From positions 372,001 to 436,000 of the forward strand of contig OZ287757.1 in the NCBI GenBank assembly GCA_965649765.1: a DNA stretch of 64,000 nucleotides, written 5' to 3'. The notes below the pieces were generated by a model that searched no databases, was not told the DNA's origin, and was given only the letters and a program-made list of their open reading frames with translations. Positions 22,191 through 36,519 of the stretch are shown one piece after another. The position numbers and the translations under genes were made by a program. This stretch comes from Bispira polyomma. Taxonomy: Eukaryota. Numbering within the stretch: the stretch's first letter is position 1; every line of letters starts with the position of its first letter.

Positions 22191-23826
22191 ATACTAAAAT
22201 TTCAAAAGTTCTTTATCATCTTGAACTGTCCCTTTATTTCTTTTTCCATAGTATATTAAAATTTCAAAAAGTTTTATATCATCTTGAACTGCCAGAACTG
22301 TATCCAGCCTACATATTCACAGTAGTTGACAAAAATATAAAGTTATACAAGTGGTGGTCCTTTCAAATTAATAATACGATGTCATTCCGAGTCCATTTTG
22401 ATGTTTTACATTACTACATGTTACCTGAATGCTACTTTGAGATGGGTCCTTACCCCCTTTTTATCGCTGAATGGGCGATAATAAGGTATAACTGCTCAAG
22501 ACAGGTAAATTCAGTATTATTACAAGCACAAAACCACAGTATTCTGATAAATAGATCTCTTAGAAACCTCTGTAACGTTTGCTTGTGTTTATATTCCTCC
22601 GAATTCACTAAAACTGTTGCATTATAGTTTATTTTATTTCTATTCATCTTTTACCGCTAATGGTACACACTAATTGATATACTAATTGAATTCATGTAAA
22701 GCTAATGACAATTTTACAAAGTTTATTCCCCCTATTAAATGATTTTCAGGTACCCAAGCACCCAGAATTGATTTAAAAGCTACACAGTACTTAGTATTTT
22801 ATAGGGCATAATGTTAGCTCACATATACCTGAATATTAAATGCTAGCTTTGCTAATTTCCTGAAAATTATCAACATTTCAAATCATATTTAATCAGAATA
22901 TTCAATTTTGTGATATGTTTTGTTTTGCAGTTTGTCAGAAGTCTTCAGTTTGGGAGTGCTAAATGAACCCACAATACAAAAACAGCATAGTAACCTTGTA
23001 CATAGGCTTAACAAGAATTGAATAAATGAACAAAAATAGTCTCTTGTTTACGATGTGTTGACGATTAAAAAAAATCCAACTTCGCCACTCTTCACAATGG
23101 AATATAAACATGTTACATGATGACAATTAATGCATATTTAAGTTTCAACTGAAGCTTTGCTTTCATGTCAGACATGCAACCCACAAGAAATGGGAACAAC
23201 ACCTTAAAAAGTCAGAATAAAACTTCAAATGTGACACACATGCACCTCTCATTCAAATGCAAATTTTTAATCGGTATTTGTAAAGTTGAAATTTCATAGA
23301 GAAGCATTTGCAACTGGTTCTAGTAAAATAATAAAAATAGCGATACAATAAAATATAGAATATTATGAATAGCAAACATGTTTAGACAGAAAAATCCAAA
23401 TGCTTCCGTAATACCTTGTACTTGATGTCAAAGCAAAAGGTTTGAAGTTAAGTTTGACTTAAATGATACAGAAAATATGATGCTATGTATTTTAAATTTC
23501 AAAATGGAGTATTTAAAACAGGTTGTTGTAACAAAATAGAAATAGTTATATAATAAACTGTACAATACTATAACTGATAACAATAGTTGACATTTAGACG
23601 GATAAATCAAAAAACAAAATCGCAAAACAAAAGATTGATGTTAAGTTTCATTGACATAAAACAGAAAATATAATAATTTATGGGAACCCATTATCTAATT
23701 ATTCAATTGATCTCAGAGGATTTTGGCTACTTTACATATATTACTTACTTGTTGGCAGTTGTTCTTTGCAGGTTTTGATATAAATGAACACAAATGAATA
23801 AAACACATTGGGCATTTTAATAGTTA

Positions 23827-24083
23827 TGTAGTATTCGCTAGAGTTGTCATATCGATAACTCGCAAGCTCCGATGTTTAGTACGTCCCCCAATTCGGCGAT
23901 CGGCAGAACTGGAAGTCCACGCATGCGCAGAAGTTGTAGTGCTCTACCAGACAAGTGACTGCAGTGACTTTAGAATGTGCAAGAAAACAGAACACATGTA
24001 AGAATCCTCTTTGGTTCATATTATAGGTGTTAATGTAATGTATATCATGGTATAGTATAAAATAACAGTTATAAAATACAACA
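23827..24083 (+). repeat. Gypsy 5' LTR (257 bp)
   Basis: About 14 mismatches over the first ~103 bp against the 3' LTR. Confidence 0.9.
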
Positions 24084-24959
24084 TTGTGACTGGGGTTGGG
24101 ACAATTATGTACTGTTATTATGTAAACTGCAACAATTTTATGCTTGTGATTTTTAAACATTAAGTTGATATGGTTGAGTGATTTTGGGAAGGAACTTGGA
24201 GATATTTTGTGATTTAATAGAATTTAAATATATTGTGGAAGTGTCTGATAAATTTTATGGTTTGGCGATAATTGCAGTACTGTTTTCTTGCATAGTGAAT
24301 TAATTTTAGAAACTGTGTAAATTGATAAATTTTGAAATTTTGAGGAAGCACATGTTTGTAGTTGGATAGATAGGGAGTGATATTTGGTGGTGATACATAG
24401 TAATTCTATAACTTTGAGATAAACTGTATGAAGATATTGATACACTGTCATATATATATATATACACTATTTGAATTTTGTCACAGTAATGACAGAATTA
24501 GTAAGTAGGAGTACAGAGGAAGTTTTAAGAAGTAACAAAGATGTGATAAGTATGTTGACTGTTTCTGATGATTTGAGAGTTCACTCTGAGCATATGATGG
24601 AGGCTTTTGAGAAAATGTCTTGTGAGGTAGATGTTAGTCTGAAAAGTCAGAATAGTTGAAAATGAAATAGATCATCATATTGATATTGTGACACAGGAAG
24701 TAAGTGATAAAGTTGATGAAATTTCACAGAGAGTGGATGATAAAGTAGATGAGATGTCAAAGAAGGTGAGTAATAGTTTTGGCGAAGTGTCATAGAAACT
24801 TAGTGACACTACTCAAGTTATTCTGAACATAGATAGTAGAGTTACAAAACTTAAAGGGCAGGATAAAGAAATAGTGCCCAAGTCTCTGTTAGAGTGAGGT
24901 AAGAAAGATACCAATCTTGATTCAGTCTTTGAGTGAGATGATTTGATGACAAGAAAGAT

Positions 24960-27900
24960 TAAAATTGCAATGAAAGTTTGCCTTGGTAGATGACAAGTGT
25001 GCAGGTGTTGACCAATGTTTAACAGCTTTTGTTTTGGGTGGAGTTGAAATACAGTTGGGTAATGCTATGTCTCTTCAGGATGTGTTTGTGGCTAATATAA
25101 CTGATGATCTATTGTTGGGTCTGGATTTCATGTTGATAAATGAGATCATTTTGAATTTAAATGAGTGTATTTTGCAAATCAATGATAATACTGTGTCAGT
25201 GTCCACCATGAGGAATAAATTTTAAGTAGAGTATTGTGTCAGTAGAGTTACTTTGTTAAATAAAGAATATCAAAGTGGATGTGTGCTGCGAACAGGTAAA
25301 AATCTTGTGATTCTGCCTTTAGTTGATTTGCATGGTCTTTTGCCGTGTTGCTTGATCTGTTCTGGTAATTCATTTATTCAAGTTGTCACTGATTTAGATC
25401 ATGAAATTTGCATGAAAAAGGGTTATTGTGTTGGAATTGCTACTGAAGTACAGGATATTTTTTAGAGGATGATTCAGTTAGGTCAGAAAGATTGCCTGAT
25501 CCTTTTCAGGCATGTACTAACACAATAGATAAAGTCATCAATGCTAGTTGTAAAGATGAACAATTGGAGTGAACTCATGTGTTGACTCGGGGGGTGGACA
25601 ATATTAGCAAGGCTGATATTGGACAAGTTCAATTGTCTGACACCGACAAAAGTTTACCAGGATTCTTGACACAATTATTTGACAAATCTAGTGCTACTTT
25701 GAATGATAGTTAAAAACAGACATTGAAATCTGTGTTGATAGATTATCAAGATGTTTTTTTCTGAGACTGATAGTGATATAGGTTGTAAGTAGATAAACAT
25801 AAAATAGACACTGGTGATCACAAACCAATCAAAATGGGTATGAGAAGGGAGCCGTTAGGGTTTGAACAGGAGGAGGAATCTTGTTTTCAAAAGATGTTAA
25901 GTTATTCAGGAATCTAGTTCAGACTAGGCTTCACCTCCTGTTTTGATAAGGAAAAGGGACGGTACAGTGAGATATGCCATTGTTTTTAGACTGCTAAATT
26001 TGTGCACTGTTAAAGATTCGTTCAGATTACTTGACATAAGACATTGTATCAGTACTTTGAATGTGACTGTGTATTTCAGTATTTTAGACATGGCTTCAGG
26101 TTACTATTAACTTCTACTCGATGAGAAAGACAGACATAAAACAGAATTCTTAACTTGTTTTGGGCTATTTGAGCATGTTAGAATGGGCTTTGAGTTATGT
26201 AGTGCACCAGCCATTTTTTAGAGGATAATTCAATTAGTACTGAGAGGGTTAAATTGGAAGACTATACTTTGCTATATTGATGATGGAATTGTGCTGGGCA
26301 ATTCCTTTGAAAATCATGGACAAAATTTAAAAGAAACATTGGACAGATTCAGAAAATACAATTTAAAATGACTCATTTTCACAATATAAAATTTACAGCA
26401 TTTAGAATTCTCCAAACTGCTTCTGGCAAGTCCTTCACAAAGTAAACAAACCAACGAGTATGAACTGTCTAATATACTAAAAGTATTCATTCCCAGTTAT
26501 TATTAAAACAAAGGCTTCAAATGTTTACATACTTTGCAAAACTATCAATTTATTGTAAAAATATTTATTTCATTGTTAAAGGACAACATTCCAGTTGAAC
26601 TTTTGTAAAATTTCCCCTATTATCGACCATGTTTTACGTAGATTTGCACAAGGATGGCACTAGTTATGAAGATCACTGTATTATTAATAGTATTAGTTTT
26701 ATACATGTATTATTATTAGCGTAATATATAAATATAGCATGTAGCGTAATATATATATAAATAAGATAATCATTGAAGCAAATAATAATTTAATTAGTTA
26801 AGTACGTGGATATATCTTATCAACATATGTAAGTATGTACACATATTTGATAGAGATAAATATAGCTACTGTCAGGGACTTCCATTAATTGCTTCCAAGT
26901 TTAATATGTGTAGATATAACGTAATACATGTTGGGTGTTCATGCCGAGTCAAAGGTCAGAGATAGTTGAATATCCTTATATGGAAGTTATGGCTTCTGGG
27001 TGATCTCCATAATGATAGATTGCCTATTATTTCATTGTCGCTCATACATGTTCTTCACTTGCGAGGTATAAATCAAGCACAGACTTAATAAAAAACAAGA
27101 TCTGCAGATTTAACAATTAATTTACTTATTAATGGCTCAAACTTTATTAAAGAGTGATGAAATTTACCAAAATATGAATTTATAGTAGATATCTTCTAAT
27201 TTATGGCAAAATATTGTTGTCCAAGACGTAAATGTATTTTCAATGTCGTGAAAGAAAGGTAAAACTTCAATCCACGGCACCGTGACTTAAAGCTCTTCGT
27301 ATATATTACAGTGGCTGATAAATTGATATTGTTAAAAGTTGTAAAATACAGTATGTTGATGTAAAGTGATTGCAAACTAAATTTTAATTGTAAGCAAATT
27401 CCTGCCCATATTATATAGTAATACAACAAAAATTGACCATCTGGGTTGGTACACATAAATTCCCTTATGTAGAATGGCCTAGTTATATAATTTTAAAAAC
27501 ACTGCAAAATAATAATTTAGGTAGGTTGTATAGACAGTGTGGACAAGTTTGCGAAGAAGAATTACTGGAAAGTTAATATAACTGGTTCCGATTCTGGTGG
27601 TGTCGAGTTTGCTTTGATGGCTTAACCATATAATCTTTACAAATCTTGGCCTATCTCACAGAACCAAATAATACCCAGGGTGTTGTTTTATTTTTTTTTT
27701 AGGATTTTTGAACATAAAGGCACAATCTGACAAACAAAAACATTGGTCAGTATTTGATGGAACCTTGGGAATTCCTGAAGAAAAAGGCAGTTGCATTGTG
27801 GTGATACTTAAGATGTGACAGTCGAGCACATTTCCAGTTGATTGAGAAATGATTCATCAACACAGATGAAAACATAAAGAACCTCCTATATATCCTAAAA

Positions 27901-30900
27901 AAATAAATATAGTAAATTTATGAATACAATATTAATCAGGTGAAATATATTTTACTTTTACTAAACCCCAGAGGAGATTCATGGGCATGTACCTGATTGG
28001 CAGTCATGGGTTTGAATCTTAGGCATAACATATTTGCGGGAAAGTTTAAGTAGACTTGGTGAAGGCTGAAAGTTAAGACTTTATTGAATATGTCTCTACA
28101 ATTGTAATGACAGAAAGTGTCACAAGGATAATGTCATCTGAGTTAAAATCCCAGGGTAGATTACTATAATTATTACTTTGCTCTCAGGTCTTTGAATTCT
28201 GGGTTAACTTCCCAGCAGAGTTTTATCAATCAACCCTGGATGGTCAATTTCAAAACACGCCGAAAAAGTAAACCAAGTCAATCATAAAATAGTTATTCCA
28301 ATTGTTGTAAAAATTTAAATCAAGATGGTGATACAGGTTTTATTCAAACTGTTGAATGTGTACATTCCACAGGCTAGTCATTGAATGTGTACATTCAACA
28401 GCTGATATCCATGGAATGTATAGATTCAATGAGTATATTGTGCAGAGTGTACATTCAACAGTCCAGGTCATGGAATGTAGATCAAATTTAATAATGTTAT
28501 TATAACAATATGTAAAAATCAATTTGATTCCATTCTTTAACCATATCTGTATTGTTAATCCTTCCTTAAAAGAAGGTATTGCTTTAAAAGGATTACTATA
28601 TCAAGGAGATAAATAGGTCATTTTTTGCAATGTCATTTTAAATATTAGCTGAAAAACGCCAACTCGGTCATGTATTTTTTGAAACAGTTCACAGGGAACT
28701 ATTTTACTCTGAATAGCTTTTAAGAGCAACATATATATGTCATATAACTTGAAACTTTTGTTAGGTTATGATCAAGTTGTCAGTCAAAAGAAAATACATT
28801 TGTAGTTTAAACTAGAATAGGGGCTTCGGTGGAGTAGTTGTAACAAACTAGCCTCATACAACTGCAGTGGTAGGCTTGAACCTTAATTTCGGTATCTATA
28901 TGCAAGTATGTTGTAATTAAGACATATGGTATCTTGTAATTACTATGTTATGCTATGTCGTAATTTCGACTTACTTTCATTATTACGACTTACGCTATGT
29001 CTTTATTACAACTTAAACTATGTCATAATTACGACCTTCTAATATTTTCGGGAATTTGGATTGCTTGTGAACAGACTTAAGTAGCAAATGTTGTCAACTG
29101 CTAGTCAACAACCTAGGGTTGAAAGGGTAAATTTTTACGTAAATATTCTTTTAAATCATTGCTGTTCCAAGGAACTGAATGAAAATAAAATAATATTCTG
29201 GGGGATATCAGTTGCTTGTGGACAGACATAGGTTCTGGTAGCAACAAATGTGGTTGGCTGCTAGTCGACAGCCTAGGTATCGAAAGATTTAATTGTGTAA
29301 ATATTATTTTGCATCTCAATAGGTTAGTTGGTTAAGGTTTTCTGCTCTGCAAACCACCAGCCTTCAGGAAGTGTACTGCCAAAATTCCATTCTTATTTCT
29401 GGTATTTAATCTGCAGTACATAAATACAGTAGTTTAATACATTAATTTAATTCAGTAGTATAGATACTGTGCATATTACAGTTAATTTTCATGATATAAC
29501 TGACAAATGTACCTAGACAACTTAGGTACCAAAACAAAGCTACTTTTTTAGTAGAATGCAATCAGATACAGCTTTTCTTTTTTGGCTATATTCCAGAAAG
29601 AAATTAATAAAAAAAAATTACCAACCCCAAACCAGTGTAAGTAAATAAAATATGTAAACAAACACCATATGATATATAACACATGCTGTCACCTATAACA
29701 AACCATCACATTATATTTAAAATAATTAATATAAAATGTAGCAAAAAGTTATATCAGGGTTAACCATAATTAAGTTGGAAATATGTTATCAAAAAAGCAA
29801 AATGTTGTTTGCCAATTTAATTATTTATGTTATGTTTATATTGAATATGCTTCCCGATATGCGCTTCCCGAGGTCTATTAATTAATTATTTAATTACTTC
29901 CCGACATACAACAATTTTGTTGCATGCCAGGAAATATATCATGCATCCGACCACTGCGTTTTTTATCAAGCCAGTTACTTTATCAGTTTTTAATAATATA
30001 TCTAAATAATTATGAATAAAATAATTAATAAAAAAACAAATAATTTAGAATAATAAAAAATAGATTATTTATAAATTACTCAGAAATTAATAAGACTAAA
30101 AATTTTCAAAAAAATACTGTGGGAAAGTTTATTTTATTGTGATTACTGTGCTTTTTGTTTCATCAAAATCCGTTGAGAAACGGCTGATATATTTAAGGTT
30201 CATAAATGGTACCCCTCTGTACTTGTTTAATTATGATGGTGAGGATGGGCGATAATTGAGATAGCACAATAAAATCTGTTATACATAGTTCTGTCATTTA
30301 ATTTTAAGCATTACTAACTATAAAATATTAAATTTTACATCACTTGGAATAAATAATAACAACTTTCTTTGATGACGAAAACAAAAAAATCACCAATAAC
30401 TTTTTGAATCTCAATTTTTACTTCCTGGTTTGTGTACGGCTTGTTTACATTTACACTTGGCGGTTGTAGCTTTTGATGGTATCGCCGCCTGGCGAGCACC
30501 ACAAAATGTGAAAGTGAGCCATTGAAACCCAGGAAATGTGTATTGTTTCAAAGAGAAGTCAAATTTTTGGGCAAAATAGTGAATGAGAAAGGAGTAGCAA
30601 CAAGTCCTGAAAATGTTACGAAGATATTAGATTGGCCAATTCCAGTGAATAAAAAGGAAGTAGAACAGTTTTAAGGTCTAATGAATTATCATAGGGATCC
30701 TCTCAAAGACTTCGCTGAAATGTCTCAAGTGCTGTTTACATTGACAGGTTCTAAGGTGAACACAAACAATTTCAAGTGGACTGATGTACATGACAAGGCA
30801 TTTCAGTCCCTAAAGCAGAGACTGACTACTGCACTATTGTTATCGTATCCCAATAGTCATGACTTATTCATATTAGACACAGACGCTTAATATGGTTCAA

Positions 30901-32200
30901 TTGGAGCTGAGGTAATTCAAGTTCATAAAGGTAAAGAAAAAGTGAACAGTTTTCTGGAGTTATGTTTTGACGCCTGAACAATGCAGGTATTGTGTTAATT
31001 TAAAAGAACTGTTGCCTATAATTCGTTTTACTAGACAGTTTTGTCATTTCTTGCTAGGAAGGAGATTCAATGTCAGAACCGATCATAGTAGTTTGGCATG
31101 GTTAATGAGGTTTAAGCATATTGAGGGTCAATTGTCAATATGGTTAGAAGAACTTTCGCAGTTTGATATGCAGATTATGCACAAGGAGGGTAGTAAGCAT
31201 TTTAATGCAGATGCAATGTCAAGAATTCTGGATAGAACTCAATTTTGTGACTGTTACCACGCAAGGGTAGATCCTTCTGATTAAACTTGTCAAGGGTGTA
31301 AATACTGTGTTAGGGTTCATAACCAATGGGAAAGATTTTTAGAGGATTTAGATGATATGGTTCTGTTAGCCTTGAAACAGGAAGGTCCTGATATTCGATC
31401 TGTTATATGAATGGATTTTGCAGGGAAGTGATCTAGAGGAAGCATAACATCAATTGTGTAGTCCTAAGACAAAGTGTTATTGGTTGAGTAGACATTAATT
31501 TGTGCTAGAAAGTGACATTTTGTACTGTCAGTATTTTCCCATAGAGCCTTATGAGGAGCCAGTCAACAAACTTATAGTACCAAACTCTTTCAGAGAGGAG
31601 ATTTTAAAGTTATCACATGATATTCCCACTGCAGGTCATTTAGGGATGACTAAGACTTTATACAATTTTAAAAGGCATTTTAGGTGGTATATAATGAACT
31701 CAGATTGTGAGTTATTTGTGAGGACATATAAAAAATGTAGTTTAAACAAAAAGCCAAGGAAAAAACCAAAAGCAGCGTTAGGTGAATTTCATGTAGGTGC
31801 TCCAATGGAAAGAGTGCATATGGATATGTTGGGGCCATTTCCAACAAGTAACAGTGGAAACATCTATATTTTGATAGTGGATCAATTTACGAAATGGTTG
31901 GAATGTTTTGCATTGCCAGATCAGAGTTCAAATTCTGTAGCCAAAAAAGAGGTTGAAAACTTCATTGCTAGGCTAGGTTGTCCAAAAAAGTTTAAAATAG
32001 GTCAAAGTTGAAAGTTGAAAGCAATGTGGAAAGGTCCATGTTTGGTAACTAAAGTCTTCTGTGCTATACAGAATTAAGGGAAGAAGAAAGGAGTCAGTGG
32101 TTTACCATGATAGGTTGAAATTGTGTCAGGATCGGGTGGTTCCAATGTGAATTAAAATAATGAGACATAAGCTGTTGTCGTTGGATGAGACGTTGCTGTA
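24960..32200 (+). pseudogene. Gypsy pol (PR, RT, RNase H, IN), interrupted at 26369/30521
   Basis: RFRKYNLK|LKPRKCVLFQREVKFLG rejoins across the insertion; many stops. Confidence 0.88.
26370..30520. mobile_element. TIR DNA transposon, ISL2EU-like, no recognisable transposase
   Basis: TIRs gactcattttcaca / tgtgaaagtgagcc with an AT duplication. Removal restores the Gypsy RT frame. Confidence 0.75.
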
Positions 32201-33132
32201 TGGGGAAGAAGATGATGGAAATCTGCATTTAGGGAATTAGTTTGTGGAAACTTTAGATGAAAGATTGGAAGATGTGGAAATTTTAGACACTGAGGACATT
32301 TTGACTGAGGAACCGAGCTGTCAGGACTTTCACAGTAAACCTATACTGTTGCAGGAGGAAGCTCCAGTAGTGAACTTCTATAGTCAGGCTGCTAACACTA
32401 AATTTACTAAAACTCGTAGAATTAGAAGGAAACCTGGACATTTACATGACTATGCTATTTAAGTATTAACCCCTTAGTTAGTGGGTAGTTAAGAATAGGG
32501 TGTTTCATCCTGACAAAACAGAAATCATAATAGTAATGAGGAATTTGCAAGGTGGCACAGGAAGTATCCAGTTTGCAGGACGTTAGTGATCATACTGTGT
32601 TAAACTTAATGAAGAAGAATGCCGAGAAGTTTGTTGGGTTGATGACTTTGGAGACTAAGTATTGCATGTGATTGGACAAGAAATATTAACAGTATAATTG
32701 TGTGTGTGTGTGTTGATGTAGGGTAGATGGTAATGTTTGTGGTTTGTTAAACCATGAGTGTAGTTAATCTCTTTTTATAATAATAATAATAATAATGGTC
32801 CACACAGGATCACAGGATCAACAAAGATGCTAATGCAGGGAGCAGTTTGTGCAAAGTTATTGGATTGGACTGTAAGGAATAATGTGTCAGTTTATAGTCT
32901 GCTAAAAGTAGACGTGAGTGTTCAAGTGAATCTTTATTTACAGTATAGTGTCTCAACATCAGAAAAGAACCTACGCACATTGATCTGTTAATGTGAAAGA
33001 AGATTCTTCCAAAAGAAAACAAGGAGTAGTGTAGTATTCGCCAGACTTGTCATATTGATAGCTCGCGAGCTCTGATGTTCAGTATGTCCCCAAATTTGGT
33101 GATCGGCAGAACCGGAAGTCCGTGCATGCGCA

Positions 33133-33953
33133 TGTTACGGTCATGGGAGCAAGCGCAGTAGCAATTACCGGGTGCTTTCAAGTTGCAACAGGAAAAGACA
33201 AAAAGGTCCATTTAACAAATTTATTTAACAATTAAAATAACAATTACACAATTACAGTCAACTGAGATACTCTTAATAGCTCATACAATAATACAATAAT
33301 ACAATAATGAAACTAATCTGACCTGACCACAATCCTATCACGTAAATAACAATTAAACAAGTTTGTCCACTGTATCCAGCAATCTGTCTTGAGACTTGTT
33401 TGGTGTCCACTAACACACAATGCCTGTATCCTGTTATCTGTTCTGTGTCCACAAACACAAAATGTATGTATCCAGAGAATCTGCACAACTAAGCTATCCA
33501 GTCCAGGATGCAAACAATATCCAATATGCAAAAAATCAAATCTCTGGTAAATCCACCACTTTATATCCAGTTCACTCCAATGAGTTCACCACAAAAAGTA
33601 TACAACAATCAGTTTATCTCCACCTGACACAGAAATAAATTGTTTCACAGTATAGCAGTTTGTATAGCACACTAACGCAATAAACTCTAGTCTGTGGTCA
33701 GGCTTTCAACCCTTATATATACCACAGCTAGAGAAGGCTCTAGGGTATGTAAACAATTGCTAGAAGGTTCCAAAATGAAATGTAAACAGATCAACACAAC
33801 TTCAATAACAACAGAAACAAATTACAACCAGCTTCTAGAAGCTTAGGGGTATCCCCAAATCTATAAATATATCACTCTAGCAGAGTGTAAGAAACATTAG
33901 TACTTACTAGACCGGTTCTGCTTTAACATACCACAATGTCCTTATATGTAACA
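33133..33953 (-). mobile_element. Solo LTR of a second LTR family inside the Gypsy 3' LTR
   Basis: TGTTAC...GTAACA ends; TATA and AATAAA on the minus strand; replaces ~120 bp of the host LTR. Confidence 0.75.
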
Positions 33954-34059
33954 GTATAGTATAATATAATAGTTATAAAATACAACAGTTATATACATCA
34001 TCAAGTTAAAAAAGTTACATCTACTATAAGCAGTTTATCCAGAGTATGTTTCATAAAAA

Positions 34060-36000
34060 CATCTTCGACTGAAGCTGCTAATTCTGGGGTGGATTCAAGG
34101 TAATGCCATATGGCTTGACTTTTCCAACCAGCATGTTCCTGAATGCTCTGAAGTTCAAGTTTTTGATGAACGCAAAAGAAATGCCTAAGTACCTCAAAGC
34201 ATGAAAACCATGCGCCTTGTAGTTTATTTTTAAATTTGCAAGGATAACAGATTGAGCTTTTCTGACTTTAGATGCAGTTAGGGGTACCAATGAGTGTCCT
34301 TGTGGGATGACAAACGTAGGTGAAACCCTTTGTATTTGAAGGAATTTAAGGTTTCTTCAGAGCAAGAACAGGACACAGTGATGTTGTATCTGTGGTATCT
34401 GTATAATTAACACTTTGTTAGCCCCTGCATATTTTATGCCACTTTACCACTATATGCGCACATTAATGTGCAAATATAAAAGTGAAAATGTCTAGTTTTG
34501 TCAAAAGCATACATTGAATTGGGTACCATATTTGATAACCTGAAAGACCCATAGTGTGCCACTATACATGAGTTATACACACACCCATTAACCAAATCTT
34601 CACATGCAACTGATATATTTTATATTCCAGAAACATCAGTATAGCAGTAAACGATTGATAGGATACTTTAAAATACAGCAAAACTAACAAACAAAGTGAA
34701 TTTGCCTTTATATACACTGGCAGTACAAGGTCTTAAGGCACAGTCGCCTGTGGTAGTTACCATTTTCAATAAGTAATTATTTTGGTGGTACCCACAATTT
34801 TAAATAGTAAAATCTTGCCATAATGTTTTGTCCTCCACTTGCACCATTTGCAATGCTTAAAACTTTCTACCAACTCTTGTTTGATAGACTTACCTGAAAC
34901 TCACCTTCATAAAGCATCCGCATGACTATTGTCATGCCCATAAATATGGCTATATTCTAAGGTAATATCAAACTTGTGTGTCAACACCCAGCACCTAGCA
35001 CAAATCATTAAGTACTCATTCTACCAGAATTTAAGGCATTTAATATGGCCATACTGTTGCACCATATGCAAACTTTCTTACTGGCCCACTACCTAGCCCA
35101 CAACCTGAGTGCCACCAGGACATTGACAATTCAAAAACGCACTATTGTGAGCCTCAGGGGGTAAGTATCACTATAGACATTTAATTGTCATTTGTCTACT
35201 ATCCCTGTCAGTGACACATCTACAGAGACCTCTAACTGGGGTTTATGACCACCTTACTATAACAATCTTCCACGAAAGTGTTAAACCATTTCATATGTTT
35301 CTGAAAAAGAAATCATTCAATGTATTTTTGGCAACGTTTCACACTACACAATGTCTATAAAATCTGGTTGACAAATAATCTAGCCAGATGCACACATTTA
35401 TGCACAAAAAGTAACCTTTTCAATAAATTTTGAAGATCTCTTTTTGAAGTTTTGGTCTTATCGACACCCAGCTTTGACACACTTGTTTATTTCAACTAAC
35501 TTATCTTTTGCAACTGAAATCACATCAGTGTTGATGTTTACATTTATACCCATGTATACCAACTCTCTGGATGAAGCATCTAATTTATCTTGATTTATAG
35601 GGAGGCCCGAGTACCTAAACAATTGCTTCGTCTATGTCATGTGATGTCACAATTATGATTATGATGCCATTATGGTTTTTAACCTGAAAGCAATACTTAG
35701 ATCTACATACGTTTTGTTGTCATGTTTTATACCCTTGACGTCATAGTCCCTTGGGTCCAGAAACAAATTCCTAAATGCCCTACTCAATCTATTTTAAAGA
35801 GATGTGCTTGAGCTCCTATTTCTGTATTCTCTTCTACAATGAGATCCACAGTACTTTAATACGAACTCTTGTTTATCATAAACATTACCATTGGTGGCAG
35901 ACTTTACAGAAGAACCATCGGGCCAACTTAAATCAACTATGATTCCTCTTGAAGCATTGGACGTGAAAGCAATGGGGAATAATGCAAGCTTGAAAATATG
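34060..36000 (-). mobile_element. DIRS/Ngaro tyrosine-recombinase retrotransposon remnant
   Basis: RT motifs IIVDLSWP and LFKID/LSRAFRNL..DPRD (~35750-35950); YR motifs HGFHALR and GWKS (~34110-34215). Confidence 0.75.
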
Positions 36001-36519
36001 TTATAATTACCATTATGGGTCTATGGTTAAGTTATTTGTCTAGATATATTTCAATATATCAGGTATAGCTGAGTGATGATTGCTTACTTCTTTGTTATGG
36101 ACAGAGAGAATTCAAATTTTAGGTACTGTGTCAGCACCAAGTCCTCATGGTTCTGAAGTAAGGTTTTTCAATTTTCTATGCATCAGTCAGAATGGACTGG
36201 ACCATTGAACACAAGTAATTATGACTACTACTCTTTTTGACTAGCACTAGGTAAAATTACAATGTTGCTGTTGACCCACACATCACACTTCTTAAGATTA
36301 GCATTAGTTTCCTTTGATCAAGTATAAGTGCATTGTGATGACTATTTAACATGCTTTTGTTATTACATCATTAAAACTGCTACCGATGTCACAACAGTTA
36401 AACCCAACTTGATAATCATATAGTAAACTATGTGTGAAGGTAGCTCTTTATGAATATCTGCTGATTTCACGTTATACCCAATGTTGTTTCTATTTCTATT
36501 TTCAAGTGTATAAACACTG

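Larger units (their letters stand above)
11489..22672 (-). mobile_element. L1/Tx1-clade non-LTR retrotransposon, decayed, interrupted by the Polinton-like element
   Basis: Poly(A) tail (T-run 11487-11502) with AATAAA; 15-bp TSD attgatatactaatt at 11474-11488 and 22673-22687; ORF1 and ORF2 remnants. Confidence 0.85.
23827..33987 (+). mobile_element. Gypsy/Ty3 LTR retrotransposon, decayed
   Basis: LTRs at 23827-24083 and 33030-33987 (TG...CA), 4-bp TSD GTTA, polypurine tract before 33030. Order PR-RT(YIDD)-RNaseH(FILDTDA, RTDHSSL)-integrase (HDIPTAGH..C, MERVHMD). Confidence 0.92.
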
